From a bacterium (lineage in GTDB: Bacteria > Acidobacteriota > Thermoanaerobaculia > Multivoradales > J023): a DNA stretch of 64,000 nucleotides. Below the pieces are notes generated by a model that did no database searches, was not told the origin of the DNA, and was given only the letters and a program-made list of their open reading frames with translations. The stretch lies in NCBI GenBank assembly GCA_024226315.1, contig JAAELT010000366.1:4163-68162 (forward strand). Direction: 5' to 3'. The position numbers and the translations under genes are program-made. Positions 46,319 through 55,830 of this stretch are shown here, piece after piece; the stretch's first letter is position 1, and the number at the start of each line of letters is the position of its first letter.

Positions 46319-49300
46319 TCACGGGCCAAGGACAACGCGGCGAGCACGGTCCTGGTCTCTGATCTCCGGCGAGAGCTTCTTGAGTACCGCAGCAGCGAGG
46401 GAGGTCGCGCTGAGGATGAGACGAAGCTGAGGCGGCGTCAGGCGCCTCAGGAGCTTCCTGGGAGTCGCGTGATAGAGCGCGGAGAGATTGGACGCCAAGC
46501 GAAGAACCGTCTTTCGAGATCGGCCGGAAGTCCGGGCTACGCGGAATGTTTCGAGCGCGCTTCGAAGCGGTGCGAGATGGATCTCGTCGGCGCGCTGGAG
46601 AGCGCGTAGGGTGGTGAGGTGTCGCGGGGCCAGCCGGCCCTCCAGCTGAGCGAGATCGATTCCCGCGGCGTGGCGACGGAGGCTGCCGAGCAGCTCGTCG
46701 CGATCAGGCGCGAGAGCGCCGCGCTGGCGGGAGATGTCGAGTCCCTGGACACGAAAGCGATCGGCTTTCTCGAACGCCTCGCGCAGCTCCATGAGCTGAG
46801 ACCGCCGATCGAGGCCGATGGCTCCCACCCGAGGCGCGACGTCGAGGGCTTCGATTCGGGCCCGAGTGGGTTGGGCGAGGACCCGGCGACCGTTCAGGCG
46901 CCCGAAACTCTCGGGCGTCTCGGCAAGACGCCGGTAGGTCGCGGCTGGTCCGATGTCACCAGTGTGTTGGTCGAGGAGCTGACGAGCGGCGGCCGGATCA
47001 CGGTAGATGCGCGCGAGGTATTGCCGGAGATCACGCGGCGGTTGCTCCAGCCCACGGATGGATCGCTCGAGGTCAGGGAGGCTGCCATGATGCGGCAAGT
47101 CGCGACGCATCTGCGCGACCTCTTTGGATCGGGCATCGAGATCATCCCACTGCTCCAGCCGGTCCAACGCCACCTGCAGGTTACCGAGGCGCACGGGCGT
47201 CAGCTCGGCCGAGGGCTCGCTATCCAGAATCCAAGAGTCATCAGGAGCCCACTCAGCGGCGAGAGGAGCGTCCGGTGTCAGAGACTCTGCGTGAATGGGC
47301 CGGTAGTCCCTGGCGAGGTCCTTTCGCGGCTCCCGAGCCAGCACCCGTTGCAGTTGATCGTCGGAGGCGAACGTCTCCTGATCGACGTAGAGCGCGAGCT
47401 GGTGCCGATGGCGGGTGAGGGCGACATAGGACAGGTTGCGATCGAAGCCCCGGTCGGCCAGGACGTACGCCCGGTCGACGGTGGCTCCCTGAGCTTTGTG
47501 CACGGTGGCCGCGTATCCGTGGTCGAGGCGGTCGTAGGCCCGCGGATCGAGCGCGACAGTACGGCCGGAGTCAAGGCGGATACGTAGGCGCCGCGGCTCC
47601 GCCTTGAGCAGCGTGCCGAGGGCACCGTTCTTGACTCCCTCACCCTGCCCCTCGAGGGTGCGGACAGACCGGCCGCTGTGATCGTTGCGCAGGAACAGCA
47701 CCCGGTCCCCGGCCGCGAACTCGCGGCCGTTAAGTCGCACGCCCGGGCCGAGCTCGCCGGCGCCGCGGCGGGTTTCGCGGATTCGCTCGTTGAGCAGGCG
47801 GACGTCGGCTTTGCGATGGGCGAGGATGAGACTCGACTGATCCGGCGCCAGGTAACGGTCCTCGAAGTAGCGCATGACGAGCGCCTCTCGTGCCTGCTCG
47901 GGGTCGGTATGCCACTGGACGGCGCCGCGCTCGGCATAGGCGGCGAGAGCGGGCTCGAGGCGGCCATCGGCGAGGTGCTCGGAGGCTTCGCGTTGCCACT
48001 CGTCTGCCTGCCGGCGGATGATGTCGACGCGGGCGGCGCCGTGCTGCTCGATGAGGCCGCGGAAGGCGTCGCCGGGGCCGATGGCCTTGAGCTGATCCGG
48101 ATCGCCGACCAGGATCACCTTGGCGCCGCGGGCCTGGGCGTGTTCGAGGACGCGCCACGTCTGCCGGACGTCGATCATGCCAGCCTCGTCGACCAGGAGA
48201 ACATCGCGGGTGGTGAGCTCTTCCCGGCCCTGCTTCCAGCCGAGTTCGTATGACGCAAGGGTGCGGGCCTCGATACCGGCCTCGGCGGCCAGCCCCTCGG
48301 CGGCCTTGCCGGCGAGGGCGGCGCCTCGGACGCGGTAGCCCGCCTCGTGGTAGGCGTCGGCGACGGCGCGGGTGAGGCGGGTCTTACCGGCGCCGGCGCG
48401 GCCGACGACGAGCGCCAGGTCCTGGCGGCTGGCGGCGTGAAGCACCGCGTCCCGCTGCTCGCGGGAGAGGTGGTGAGCGAAGCGCTCCTCGAGCAGCGTC
48501 GCGACGTGGTCGCTCGGCAGCCGGAGCTGGTCGCGGGCGGCGAGACGATCGCCGGCGGCGAACATTCCCCGCTCGGCGTCGAGGTAGTCGTGGGTCGCGA
48601 AGCGCACCTCGCCGCGGGGCCCGGTCCCCACCGTCACAACCTGGTCGGAGGCCAGCGACCGGCGCAGCAGTGCGTCACCGTCGAGGTCTCGGTCGCTCAG
48701 GCGGCGCAGGTCGTCTTCGCTCCAGGTGGCCCGCTGAGCGGCCAGGTGGCGCACCAGGTTCTCGGCTCGGGCTTCGAGAGGCACAGCCGGCGTGACGTCC
48801 GGACGTCCGAACGGACGCTCGAGCTTCGGGCGGTGCGAGTGTCGCTGGCGATACGCTCGAAGCGTCTCGCCGTAGCGATCCGCCAGGCGGGGGCCACTGA
48901 GCGTGTCATCGACGCGGGCCAGGCCGGCCCGCTCGTGACCGTCAGAGACGTTGACGCCGCCTCCGCGCTTCGCGGGCTCGAGCCGAAGGCCGCGCCGGGC
49001 CAGCCGCGCTTCCAGGTCCTCCCAGCCCACCGCCTTCTGAAAGTCCTCAAGCGCGGCCAAAGCAACCCGCCGGGCAAACGGCTTCTCGACCTCCCGGCGC
49101 TGCAGGCGGACACCGTTTGCCCTTCGCTGTTCGAGGCGCAGGTCGCGCCGCGTCGGCACGACCCGGAGCCCGAGCTCGCGCTCCAGCTCGCGCGCCGCGT
49201 CCTGTTTCTTGAAGACGTCCCAGCCCGGCTTCCAGACCCGAGTGTCCGGACCGACCCGGTTCACGGCAATGTGGATGTGCTGGTGGGCACGGTCGCGATG

Positions 49301-49663
49301 CAGCGCGATAAACGCCTGGTGCTCGGTGAGCCCGAGACGCTCGAGCATGTGATCGGCGACGTGTTCCCACTGCTCGCGCGACAGGTGCTCGTCAGGGGCG
49401 AGCGAGGCGCCGAAGTGGTAGACAGGCTGCTTCACGCGGACGTTCTGATTGGCCCACGCGCGCATCCACAAAGCCGCATGCTCGGGCTCCTCGACAGGGA
49501 GATTGCGGGTGGCGGTCCAGGCGACGCGATCCGCAGCTTCGGCCGCGAGCTCGAGGTCTTCGCGCTTGCCGTGCATGAGATAGGCGATGACGCCACCGAA
49601 GCCCGAGCCCAGACCGGTCCGGCGGCCGGTGGAGAGCTGCTGGCCGCCGTTGAACGGGATCAT
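46319..49663 (-). CDS. traA: Conjugative relaxase: MOBP-type domain + RecD-like helicase + BID-like C-terminus
   Basis: FGGVIAYL, VYHFGASL, HRDRAHQHIHIAVNRV; VGRAGAGKT, LVDEAGM, GDPDQL, HGYAATVHKAQGATVD, YVALTRHR. Confidence 0.93.
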   Translation of the reverse strand: MIPFNGGQQLSTGRRTGLGSGFGGVIAYLMHGKREDLELAAEAADRVAWTATRNLPVEEPEHAALWMRAWANQNVRVKQPVYHFGASLAPDEHLSREQWEHVADHMLERLGLTEHQAFIALHRDRAHQHIHIAVNRVGPDTRVWKPGWDVFKKQDAARELERELGLRVVPTRRDLRLEQRRANGVRLQRREVEKPFARRVALAALEDFQKAVGWEDLEARLARRGLRLEPAKRGGGVNVSDGHERAGLARVDDTLSGPRLADRYGETLRAYRQRHSHRPKLERPFGRPDVTPAVPLEARAENLVRHLAAQRATWSEDDLRRLSDRDLDGDALLRRSLASDQVVTVGTGPRGEVRFATHDYLDAERGMFAAGDRLAARDQLRLPSDHVATLLEERFAHHLSREQRDAVLHAASRQDLALVVGRAGAGKTRLTRAVADAYHEAGYRVRGAALAGKAAEGLAAEAGIEARTLASYELGWKQGREELTTRDVLLVDEAGMIDVRQTWRVLEHAQARGAKVILVGDPDQLKAIGPGDAFRGLIEQHGAARVDIIRRQADEWQREASEHLADGRLEPALAAYAERGAVQWHTDPEQAREALVMRYFEDRYLAPDQSSLILAHRKADVRLLNERIRETRRGAGELGPGVRLNGREFAAGDRVLFLRNDHSGRSVRTLEGQGEGVKNGALGTLLKAEPRRLRIRLDSGRTVALDPRAYDRLDHGYAATVHKAQGATVDRAYVLADRGFDRNLSYVALTRHRHQLALYVDQETFASDDQLQRVLAREPRKDLARDYRPIHAESLTPDAPLAAEWAPDDSWILDSEPSAELTPVRLGNLQVALDRLEQWDDLDARSKEVAQMRRDLPHHGSLPDLERSIRGLEQPPRDLRQYLARIYRDPAAARQLLDQHTGDIGPAATYRRLAETPESFGRLNGRRVLAQPTRARIEALDVAPRVGAIGLDRRSQLMELREAFEKADRFRVQGLDISRQRGALAPDRDELLGSLRRHAAGIDLAQLEGRLAPRHLTTLRALQRADEIHLAPLRSALETFRVARTSGRSRKTVLRLASNLSALYHATPRKLLRRLTPPQLRLILSATSLAAAVLKKLSPEIRDQDRARRVVLGP

Positions 49664-50484
49664 CGGGAAACCTCGCGGCGCCGCTGGCGATACTGGCGAA
49701 GCGTCTCGCCATAGCGATCCGCGAGTCGCGGACCACTGAGCGAGGAGTGGACCCGGGCCAAACCGATTCGCTCGCGGCCATCGGTCACCTGCGCCCCGGC
49801 TCCGGACGGCTCTACTCTCAGGCCGTGAGGGGCAAGTCGGGCTTCCAGGTCCTCCCAGCAGGTCGCCAGCTGAAAGTCCTCGAGCGCCGCGACGGCGACG
49901 CGCCGAGCAAAGGACTTCTCCTTCCGGCGTTCGGGGCGATAGTGGTTCGCCTGAAGGCGCAGATCGCGTCGCGTCGGCACGCGACGCAGTCCGAGCTCGC
50001 GTTCCAACGCTCGCATAATGTCCTGCCGCTTGAATGCGTCCCATCCTGGCTTCCAGACGCGAGCGTCGGGGTCCACGCGGTTGACTACGATGTGCAGCCG
50101 GTCGTTCTCGCCGTCCAGCCGCAGGGCGATGAAAGCCTGATGCTCGTCCAGCCCGAGGTGCTTGAGCCTCCGATCGAGGAGGTAGTCCCATTGCTCATGC
50201 GGAAGGTGCTCCTCAGCAGCGAGTGAGACCCCGAAGTGGTAGACGGGCCACTTGACGCGAGCATTCTGATTCGCCCAGGCACGCATCCAGAGCGCGGCTT
50301 GATCGGGCTCCTCGACCAAGAGGTTGCGGGTGATGGTCCAGGCAGTGCGATTCGCACGATCGCCTGCGCTCTCGCGACGCCGGTGGCGCCCGCGCACGAC
50401 CTCGTCGATCACCGCCGCGAAGTTAGAGGCGAGGCCGGTCCGGCGACCGGCGGGACCTTTACGGCCTCCGCAGAAGGTGATCAA
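49660..50484 (-). CDS. Relaxase-domain paralogue lacking the catalytic Tyr and two His residues
   Basis: Colinear with the N-terminus of the downstream relaxase, but IAYL is IDEV and LHRDRAHQHIH is LRLDGENDRLH. Confidence 0.85.
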   Translation of the reverse strand: MITFCGGRKGPAGRRTGLASNFAAVIDEVVRGRHRRRESAGDRANRTAWTITRNLLVEEPDQAALWMRAWANQNARVKWPVYHFGVSLAAEEHLPHEQWDYLLDRRLKHLGLDEHQAFIALRLDGENDRLHIVVNRVDPDARVWKPGWDAFKRQDIMRALERELGLRRVPTRRDLRLQANHYRPERRKEKSFARRVAVAALEDFQLATCWEDLEARLAPHGLRVEPSGAGAQVTDGRERIGLARVHSSLSGPRLADRYGETLRQYRQRRREVSR

Positions 50485-50822
50485 CGGGATGCCTCCCCAA
50501 CGGCGAACGAGACCTCGATCAGGATGCCCTGAACCTCCGCGAGACGGTCGAGCACCGTCTCAGCGTGAGGGAGGTCGCTGCGCTGATCCATCCGGTGGAG
50601 AACGTGGCTGTGCTGGTTGAGATTGTTGCCGACGCGACTGAGTTGGTTGATGAGCTCCTGGGCAACGAGATTACGGCGACGGCGCGCGGGTGGGACGCCG
50701 AGCGCTGCGGCGCGGACGAGCGCGCTGACGGTGATCCCGCGCTCCAGGGCGCGGTCCCTGAGGAGCCGGTGGTCTTCGGCCTTGAAGCGGACCGAGACGA
50801 TCTTGTCGAGCTCTATGGACAT
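50481..50822 (-). CDS. mobC: Mobilization protein MobC (RHH relaxosome accessory)
   Basis: VSVRF......L..RA...GITVSALVR; LSRVGNNLNQ. Confidence 0.93.
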   Translation of the reverse strand: MSIELDKIVSVRFKAEDHRLLRDRALERGITVSALVRAAALGVPPARRRRNLVAQELINQLSRVGNNLNQHSHVLHRMDQRSDLPHAETVLDRLAEVQGILIEVSFAVGEASR

Positions 50823-50899
50823 GAGATGCGTCTTCTGCTCTCCGGGGCTCTTGGAGCGCGCAAGCGCGGAAAAGCCGGGCCTTTGGAGCGCGGAGCACG

Positions 50900-51020
50900 G
50901 AAAAGGTGGCCACCGGTGTATGACACCGGTTCTGCTCGCTCCGGCTCCCTGAAGTATGGAGAGTCAGGGAGGGGATTGCAACACAGAACGTTCCGAAAAT
51001 TGAACCTTATAGTTCAATTC
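50900..51020. other. Candidate oriT / mobC promoter region
   Basis: Three 8-bp inverted repeats: accggtgt/acaccggt (50912-50930), ctccctga/tcagggag (50945-50971), aattgaac/gttcaatt (50998-51019), directly upstream of mobC. Confidence 0.55.
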
Positions 51021-51048
51021 GCAGCGACTGACGGTGTTGGAACGGGCG

Positions 51049-51405
51049 TCAGCTCTTGCTGACTCTGGCAAGCGCCTGGAGCTCGCGAGCGATCTCTTTG
51101 AGGCGGCGGCTGCTCGTCGGCTTGGGATTGAGCTGGCGCTCGAGGTCGGCGAAAGAGGCGTCGAGTGCGATCAAGATGAGCCAGAGTTGGTCGGCACCGG
51201 GCGTGGCTTCGCATCGTTCCCAGCGGGAGACCTGGGTGCCGGCATGGGGCTTCTTGCCCATGCGCTGGGCCACCTCGCTCTCGGTCAGACCGCGGTCCTT
51301 CCGGAGCTGCTTCAGCGCCTCCGCCAGCCGACGCCGGAGAGTCTCTTTGTCAGGTAGGGACATGGGCTCCTCCTTGAGCGATGAGAGGATGTCATCATAA
51401 GACAC
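51049..51405 (-). CDS. XRE-family HTH regulator
   Basis: ALKQLRKDRGLTESEVAQRMG...QVSRWER....P. Start may be ATG 51363. Confidence 0.88.
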   Translation of the reverse strand: MSYDDILSSLKEEPMSLPDKETLRRRLAEALKQLRKDRGLTESEVAQRMGKKPHAGTQVSRWERCEATPGADQLWLILIALDASFADLERQLNPKPTSSRRLKEIARELQALARVSKS

Positions 51406-51566
51406 CTTCCGAGGCGGGGGCCTGGGTGTGGTGGCTTCCCGGTGACTTTCTCGCGCTCTTCCTCTATAGATCCTGAAGATCGGAGCCGTGCCCTTGAACC
51501 GCTACGCTAGTAGCGCTTGGGTCCAACTGTCAATAGTGTCAGTGATGACTTCTGTACCTTGGCGCT

Positions 51567-51764
51567 ATGGGCATCAAGGACATACCTACCGAAGGGCCGC
51601 GTGGCGGCAAGACGACAGTGACGAAGCGGGGACTCATCCGGACGGTGGTCTATCTGCATCAGGACGAGCGCAGGGCGCTAAAGCTGGCCGCGGCGGAGAG
51701 AGACGTGCCCGCGAGCGAGATCATGCGAGAAGCGCTGCGCAGACACCTGGGGATCGAAGACTGA
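51567..51764 (+). CDS. Ribbon-helix-helix (CopG-like) regulator
   Basis: RTVVYL...ERRALK.AAAE...PASEIMREAL; divergent from the XRE gene. Confidence 0.85.
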   Translation: MGIKDIPTEGPRGGKTTVTKRGLIRTVVYLHQDERRALKLAAAERDVPASEIMREALRRHLGIED

Positions 51765-52025
51765 GGCAGTGGATCCTCGACCACCCGGTCCGCGATCATC
51801 TTCGCCGGCCGAGAGGACCGCGGCGGTCATCTGAAGTCATCCGAGCGCTCCGCGCGTCGCCGACTGGCAACTAGCGGCACGGTCGCCTGGCTTCGGCCGC
51901 GGGGCATCAGAGCGGCCGGCCACTCAGCCTCCTGTGGTCACAGCCTGGTAACAGTCGGCGAGGAATCGATCTCCGGAACTGGCTGGGGAAACCGCCGTAA
52001 GTCATTGAATTTGAAAGCTTTAAAG

Positions 52026-52101
52026 TGGTGCCCAGGGGCGGAATTGAACCACCGACACCCTGATTTTCAGTCAGGTGCTCTACCGACTGAGCTACCTGGG
52101 C
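52026..52101 (-). tRNA. tRNA-Phe(GAA)
   Basis: Reverse complement gcccaggtagctcagtcggtagagcacctgact-GAA-aatcagggtgtcggtggttcaattccgcccctgggcacca; 76 nt with CCA. Confidence 0.97.
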
Positions 52102-52281
52102 ACAGGTAGGGACCGAGTTTTTACCAGCACCACCGGTCCGACGTCAAGATGGTTCGGCCCTACTCGCTTCATCTGTGCCGGCCGACATTCGGCCTGCACC
52201 GGTCAACCACAGAACTCTTGCCTCTCGCGTTAATCATTCGGGATGTCGAGCTCGACGTCATGTTCGCCCTTGCGCGGCGAT

Positions 52282-53367
52282 TCATCCGCCCAACTTCACC
52301 TCTCTCATACCCTCCGTCGTCCAGCCGTTTTCCGTGATCGTGGCTTTCAGGTGAGCCTGGTACTCGGGCATCAGCTTCTGACCGGTCGGGTCGAAGCGCT
52401 CGAAGTAGGTGACCAGGTTCAGGCTCGCCTCCTTCACCCACGGCATCTCCTGGGCCAAAGCCAGCAACTTGGCGAAGCTCTGCTGAAGGGACCCCGAATC
52501 CGCTAGCCGGTAGGCGTGCTGCATGCGGAAGTAGGGACTGTCGTAGAACTCGATCTCGGCGCGTTGCCAGAATTCCTCCGCCTGGGTGCTGTCGCTGAGC
52601 CCGCGGCCGATCTCGACGGCCATCACCGGCGAGGATAGGACGCCGGTCTCGCGAGCGAAGAGGTTCGCGAACATCTCGGCCACCGCCGACGATCCCGCGC
52701 TATCCGAGCCACTTCCCCGGGCCATCAACCTCGAATAGATTTCGTGGGCCTCCTCCCGGCCATCGGTCATGTGCAGGGCGTCGGCCAGCACGGTCTGGAA
52801 GTGCGTGTCGTCGGGGCGAGCGTCGGCCGCTTGGCGCGCCCACGCTACGGCGGTGCCGGCGCGGGTCAACCCGAGGAACACCTTGGCGAAAGCGGCGCAG
52901 TGCTCGGCCTGGCATTCGTCGGCCGCGGACGGCGGCTCTGATGTTTCCAAGAGCTCCAGCGCAACATCGGGGCGCCGAGTGGCGACCAGGTAGTTGGCGG
53001 TCTGCCATGCGGTCATGCTGGCTCGGACCATGCTGTAGATCAGGTCGAAGAAGATCTTGCGGTGATCCCAGGGGGACCGCACCCCGCGCCACTCCGCGAA
53101 GGTCCCGCCCAGGCCCTCGTGGGGCTTCATCACCTGGTGGGTTTCCGGATGCTTGATGTCGAGATGGAAGTCCCGCAGCCCGGCGACGACGTCGAAGCGG
53201 CGGACGGCCTGTTCCCATTCCCGGTCGAACCGGCGATGGATCTCGGGATCGCCCGCGCCCGGAGGATCGTCGGCTTCCTGGCCGCGGTGAGCCGCGGTCG
53301 CGGGGCGGGCGGCGGAGACGTTGCCGGGAGGTGTTTGTTTGCCGAACAGTTTCTTCAACCAACTCAT
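52282..53367 (-). CDS. Hypothetical helical/TPR-like protein
   Basis: 361 aa; AVAWARQAADARPDD..FQTVLADAL TPR-like segment. Confidence 0.75.
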   Translation of the reverse strand: MSWLKKLFGKQTPPGNVSAARPATAAHRGQEADDPPGAGDPEIHRRFDREWEQAVRRFDVVAGLRDFHLDIKHPETHQVMKPHEGLGGTFAEWRGVRSPWDHRKIFFDLIYSMVRASMTAWQTANYLVATRRPDVALELLETSEPPSAADECQAEHCAAFAKVFLGLTRAGTAVAWARQAADARPDDTHFQTVLADALHMTDGREEAHEIYSRLMARGSGSDSAGSSAVAEMFANLFARETGVLSSPVMAVEIGRGLSDSTQAEEFWQRAEIEFYDSPYFRMQHAYRLADSGSLQQSFAKLLALAQEMPWVKEASLNLVTYFERFDPTGQKLMPEYQAHLKATITENGWTTEGMREVKLGG

Positions 53368-53601
53368 GGTGGATCCTCTGGATGGGTGTCGGAGACCGGA
53401 CTCCCTTCAGGCGGAATCGCGACGTGGTTTCCCTCAGGGAGCACGACCCTGACACCTGGTCGCGATCGTTATGTGGATCGTAATGTTCGAGCCGTCAAAT
53501 GTGGGGCCAGGGCGGCGTCCGCGGGAGCAACGATCGTTTGTGCCCGCGTTGCCCGGCGCCGCTCGGGTTGCCAGCAAAGTTGATACCAAGGAGCGAGACC
53601 G

Positions 53602-53805
53602 ATGACTCAGATCGCAATTCTCCAGGACCTCGTAACCAGTCTTGACCTCTACCTGCCGTGGCTCCTACCCACATTGGAGACGATCGAGCTGGCGGTGCCT
53701 TCGACCGCCCGACTCTTGATCTGCGTGCCCCTGATCGCCTGGTTCGCCGTGCTCCGGCAGCGTCACGCGACCTCGCCCGCGCAGCTCCATCGGGTCTTGA
53801 TGTAG
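53602..53805 (+). CDS. Small membrane protein
   Basis: AAGGAG RBS; one hydrophobic helix. Confidence 0.45.
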   Translation: MTQIAILQDLVTSLDLYLPWLLPTLETIELAVPSTARLLICVPLIAWFAVLRQRHATSPAQLHRVLM

Positions 53806-53994
53806 ACCCTCACGGGGCGGCGCCTCAGTCCAGATAGCCGAGAGCCCGGAGCCGCTCGCGCAGCTCGGGATCCGTCGTGCCGTGACCGGCGCCTCGCCGA
53901 GCATCTTGCCGCGGAGCCGGCGCCCGTGCCGGCGAGAAGTGGCCACGGGGAAAGTATAGACGCGTGCCCCGGGTTGATCATTTCAGGCCGTCAA

Positions 53995-55830
53995 CTATTG
54001 CTGACCTGGCGTGTAGACGTCTTGGTCGAGACCGTCGGTGCCGTTGTTGACGGCGCTCGTGCCGCCGACACCGGCTGGCCCGATCGTGAACGTGTTGTCA
54101 GCGACGGTGCAGCCGGAGCAGACGTTGAGGACGATACCGATGCTCGCGCCACCACCACCGCCGCCGCCGTCGCCGCCTCTGCCGCCGTCTCCCCCGTAGC
54201 TGCCATGGCCGCCCGTGCCGGCGGCGGCCTGATCCTGGACTCTGGGGCCGCCGTCTCCCCTGGCACCGCCATCGCCTCCCAGTCCGCCTGGCGGTCCGGC
54301 GCCTCCCTGGCCGCCGCCGACAGCGAGGAGGTGGTTGTCGGTGACGGCCATGTCGGTGCAGCCATCGAGCCACAGCGCGAAGGAGCCGCCGCCTCCCGAG
54401 CCGCCCATCCCGCCGTCCCCGCCACAGCCGGCGCCTCCACCGCCACCGCCGGACGATCCGTATCTCTCGGTCATGAAGATACCGCCGTCACCGCCACCGC
54501 CACCACCACCGCCGCCGGAGGTGCCGTCTGGGCCCTGGCTACCGTCACCGCCGTCGGCGGGCAGGTATCTCGCCTGCTGAATCTGGAAGCCGCCGCCACC
54601 ACTCCCGCTGGGTCCTGGCCCGCCGTGCACACCTGGCGCTCCGGGAGCACCGTCCTCGGTGGGATGCCCGCCGTCGCCGCCGGCACCGCCACCGCCCTGG
54701 CCCGGGTTGCCGTCTTCGCCGAAGCCGTCTTCGCCGTAGCCGCCCACGCCGCCGTCGCCGCCGTAATGGTCGTCACAGCCCCAGCCGCCAGCACCCGCCG
54801 CTGGTGGCTCGGAACAGCGGTTGAAAGAATCGCAACCCGGATTCCCGTCCCCGCCGTCGGCCCCTGGGGAACCCGGGGCGCCGGCCTGGCCGTCCGCTCC
54901 GTCACTGCCTTCGCCGGCCTCCAGGACGCATCGCCGAATGGTGACGTTGCTGCAGCGGTCGAAGTGTGCGGCGTAGGCAGAAGCTCCGGACGCGGTGGCC
55001 GGGGCGCCGCGTATTGTCAAGTGATCCAGGATCAGGTTGTCCTGCTCGACGCAGATGACCCCATCGCTAGATGCATCGACCGCCACTTCGTTGACGTCGG
55101 AGCGGCTCCATCCACCGCTCCTCGAGTAGCCGCCGAAGAGGCTGATGCCGCTCTCCAGGATGAGATCCTCGGCATAGGCGCCGGCGGAGACGTAGACGTG
55201 CTCCAGTGCTCCGGCGGATGCGGCAACGATCGCGTCCTGGATGGAGCTCAGCGGTTCGTTCCAGGTCCCGGGCGCTCCCGGTGCGCCGTCGGTCGCGACG
55301 AAGACGGCTGAGGCCGCATCGCCGTCGATGCCGTCGCAATTTGTGTCGACGAAGGTGTCGTCGGGAAGGTCGCCAGCGTCGGGGTGGACATTCTCGTCGG
55401 TGTCATCACAGTCGCTCGCATCCGGGACATAGCCCGGGGGCGGATCGCAGGCTTCCACCGCGGTGAACGGATCGCCGTAGCCGTCGTCGTCGAGGTCGGC
55501 ACAGAACGTCGTCGTGGCGCCTTCGTCGATCGAGCCGTTGCAGTTGTCGTCGTCGCCGTCGCAGAATTCGGGCGAGATCGTGGCTGTCCAGGTGCCGCAG
55601 GTCGTTCCGGACTCGAAGCCGTCGGCGAAGATCAGATCGGTCTCGTACAACAGCTTCCAGATCTCCGAGAGCTCCAGCCCGGCGGCCAGAAGCTCTTCGA
55701 GAGTCAAGAAGTCGAGCGCTTCCTGGGTGATCGCTTCCTCCGGTTCGGCGAACGCCGGGAAGACTCCAGCGGCGATCCCGAAAAAAACCAGCAAGACAAC
55801 CGACGCCAAGACGGTCCGTACTCCGCTCAT
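53995..55830 (-). CDS. Secreted protein with MopE-like Cys/Asp repeats, beta-helix region and Gly-rich (PGRS-like) tract
   Basis: Signal peptide; EFCDGDDDNCNGSIDE, D.DDDGYGD, DCDD; PLSSIQDAI; long GGxGG runs; LIFADGFESG near the N-terminus. Confidence 0.85.
   Translation of the reverse strand: MSGVRTVLASVVLLVFFGIAAGVFPAFAEPEEAITQEALDFLTLEELLAAGLELSEIWKLLYETDLIFADGFESGTTCGTWTATISPEFCDGDDDNCNGSIDEGATTTFCADLDDDGYGDPFTAVEACDPPPGYVPDASDCDDTDENVHPDAGDLPDDTFVDTNCDGIDGDAASAVFVATDGAPGAPGTWNEPLSSIQDAIVAASAGALEHVYVSAGAYAEDLILESGISLFGGYSRSGGWSRSDVNEVAVDASSDGVICVEQDNLILDHLTIRGAPATASGASAYAAHFDRCSNVTIRRCVLEAGEGSDGADGQAGAPGSPGADGGDGNPGCDSFNRCSEPPAAGAGGWGCDDHYGGDGGVGGYGEDGFGEDGNPGQGGGGAGGDGGHPTEDGAPGAPGVHGGPGPSGSGGGGFQIQQARYLPADGGDGSQGPDGTSGGGGGGGGGDGGIFMTERYGSSGGGGGGAGCGGDGGMGGSGGGGSFALWLDGCTDMAVTDNHLLAVGGGQGGAGPPGGLGGDGGARGDGGPRVQDQAAAGTGGHGSYGGDGGRGGDGGGGGGGASIGIVLNVCSGCTVADNTFTIGPAGVGGTSAVNNGTDGLDQDVYTPGQQ

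Larger units (their letters stand above)
8161..52025. mobile_element. Integrated conjugative element (ICE-like; Trb/VirB T4SS, MOBP relaxase), possibly transfer-defective
   Basis: T4SS operon, relaxase, mobC, ssb, tyrosine recombinase and TA genes bounded by tRNA sequences; backbone genes co-oriented on the minus strand. Confidence 0.85.

Noticed and set aside
49664-50191. 176-aa N-terminal extension of the relaxase in the ORF track
   Set aside because: Low-complexity alternative frame over the dead-relaxase gene; ATG 49663 is coupled to that gene's stop and aligns with its start.
54100-54930. Collagen or mycobacterial PE-PGRS gene
   Set aside because: The Gly-rich tract is GGxGG type, with no sustained Gly-X-Y triplets and no PE domain.
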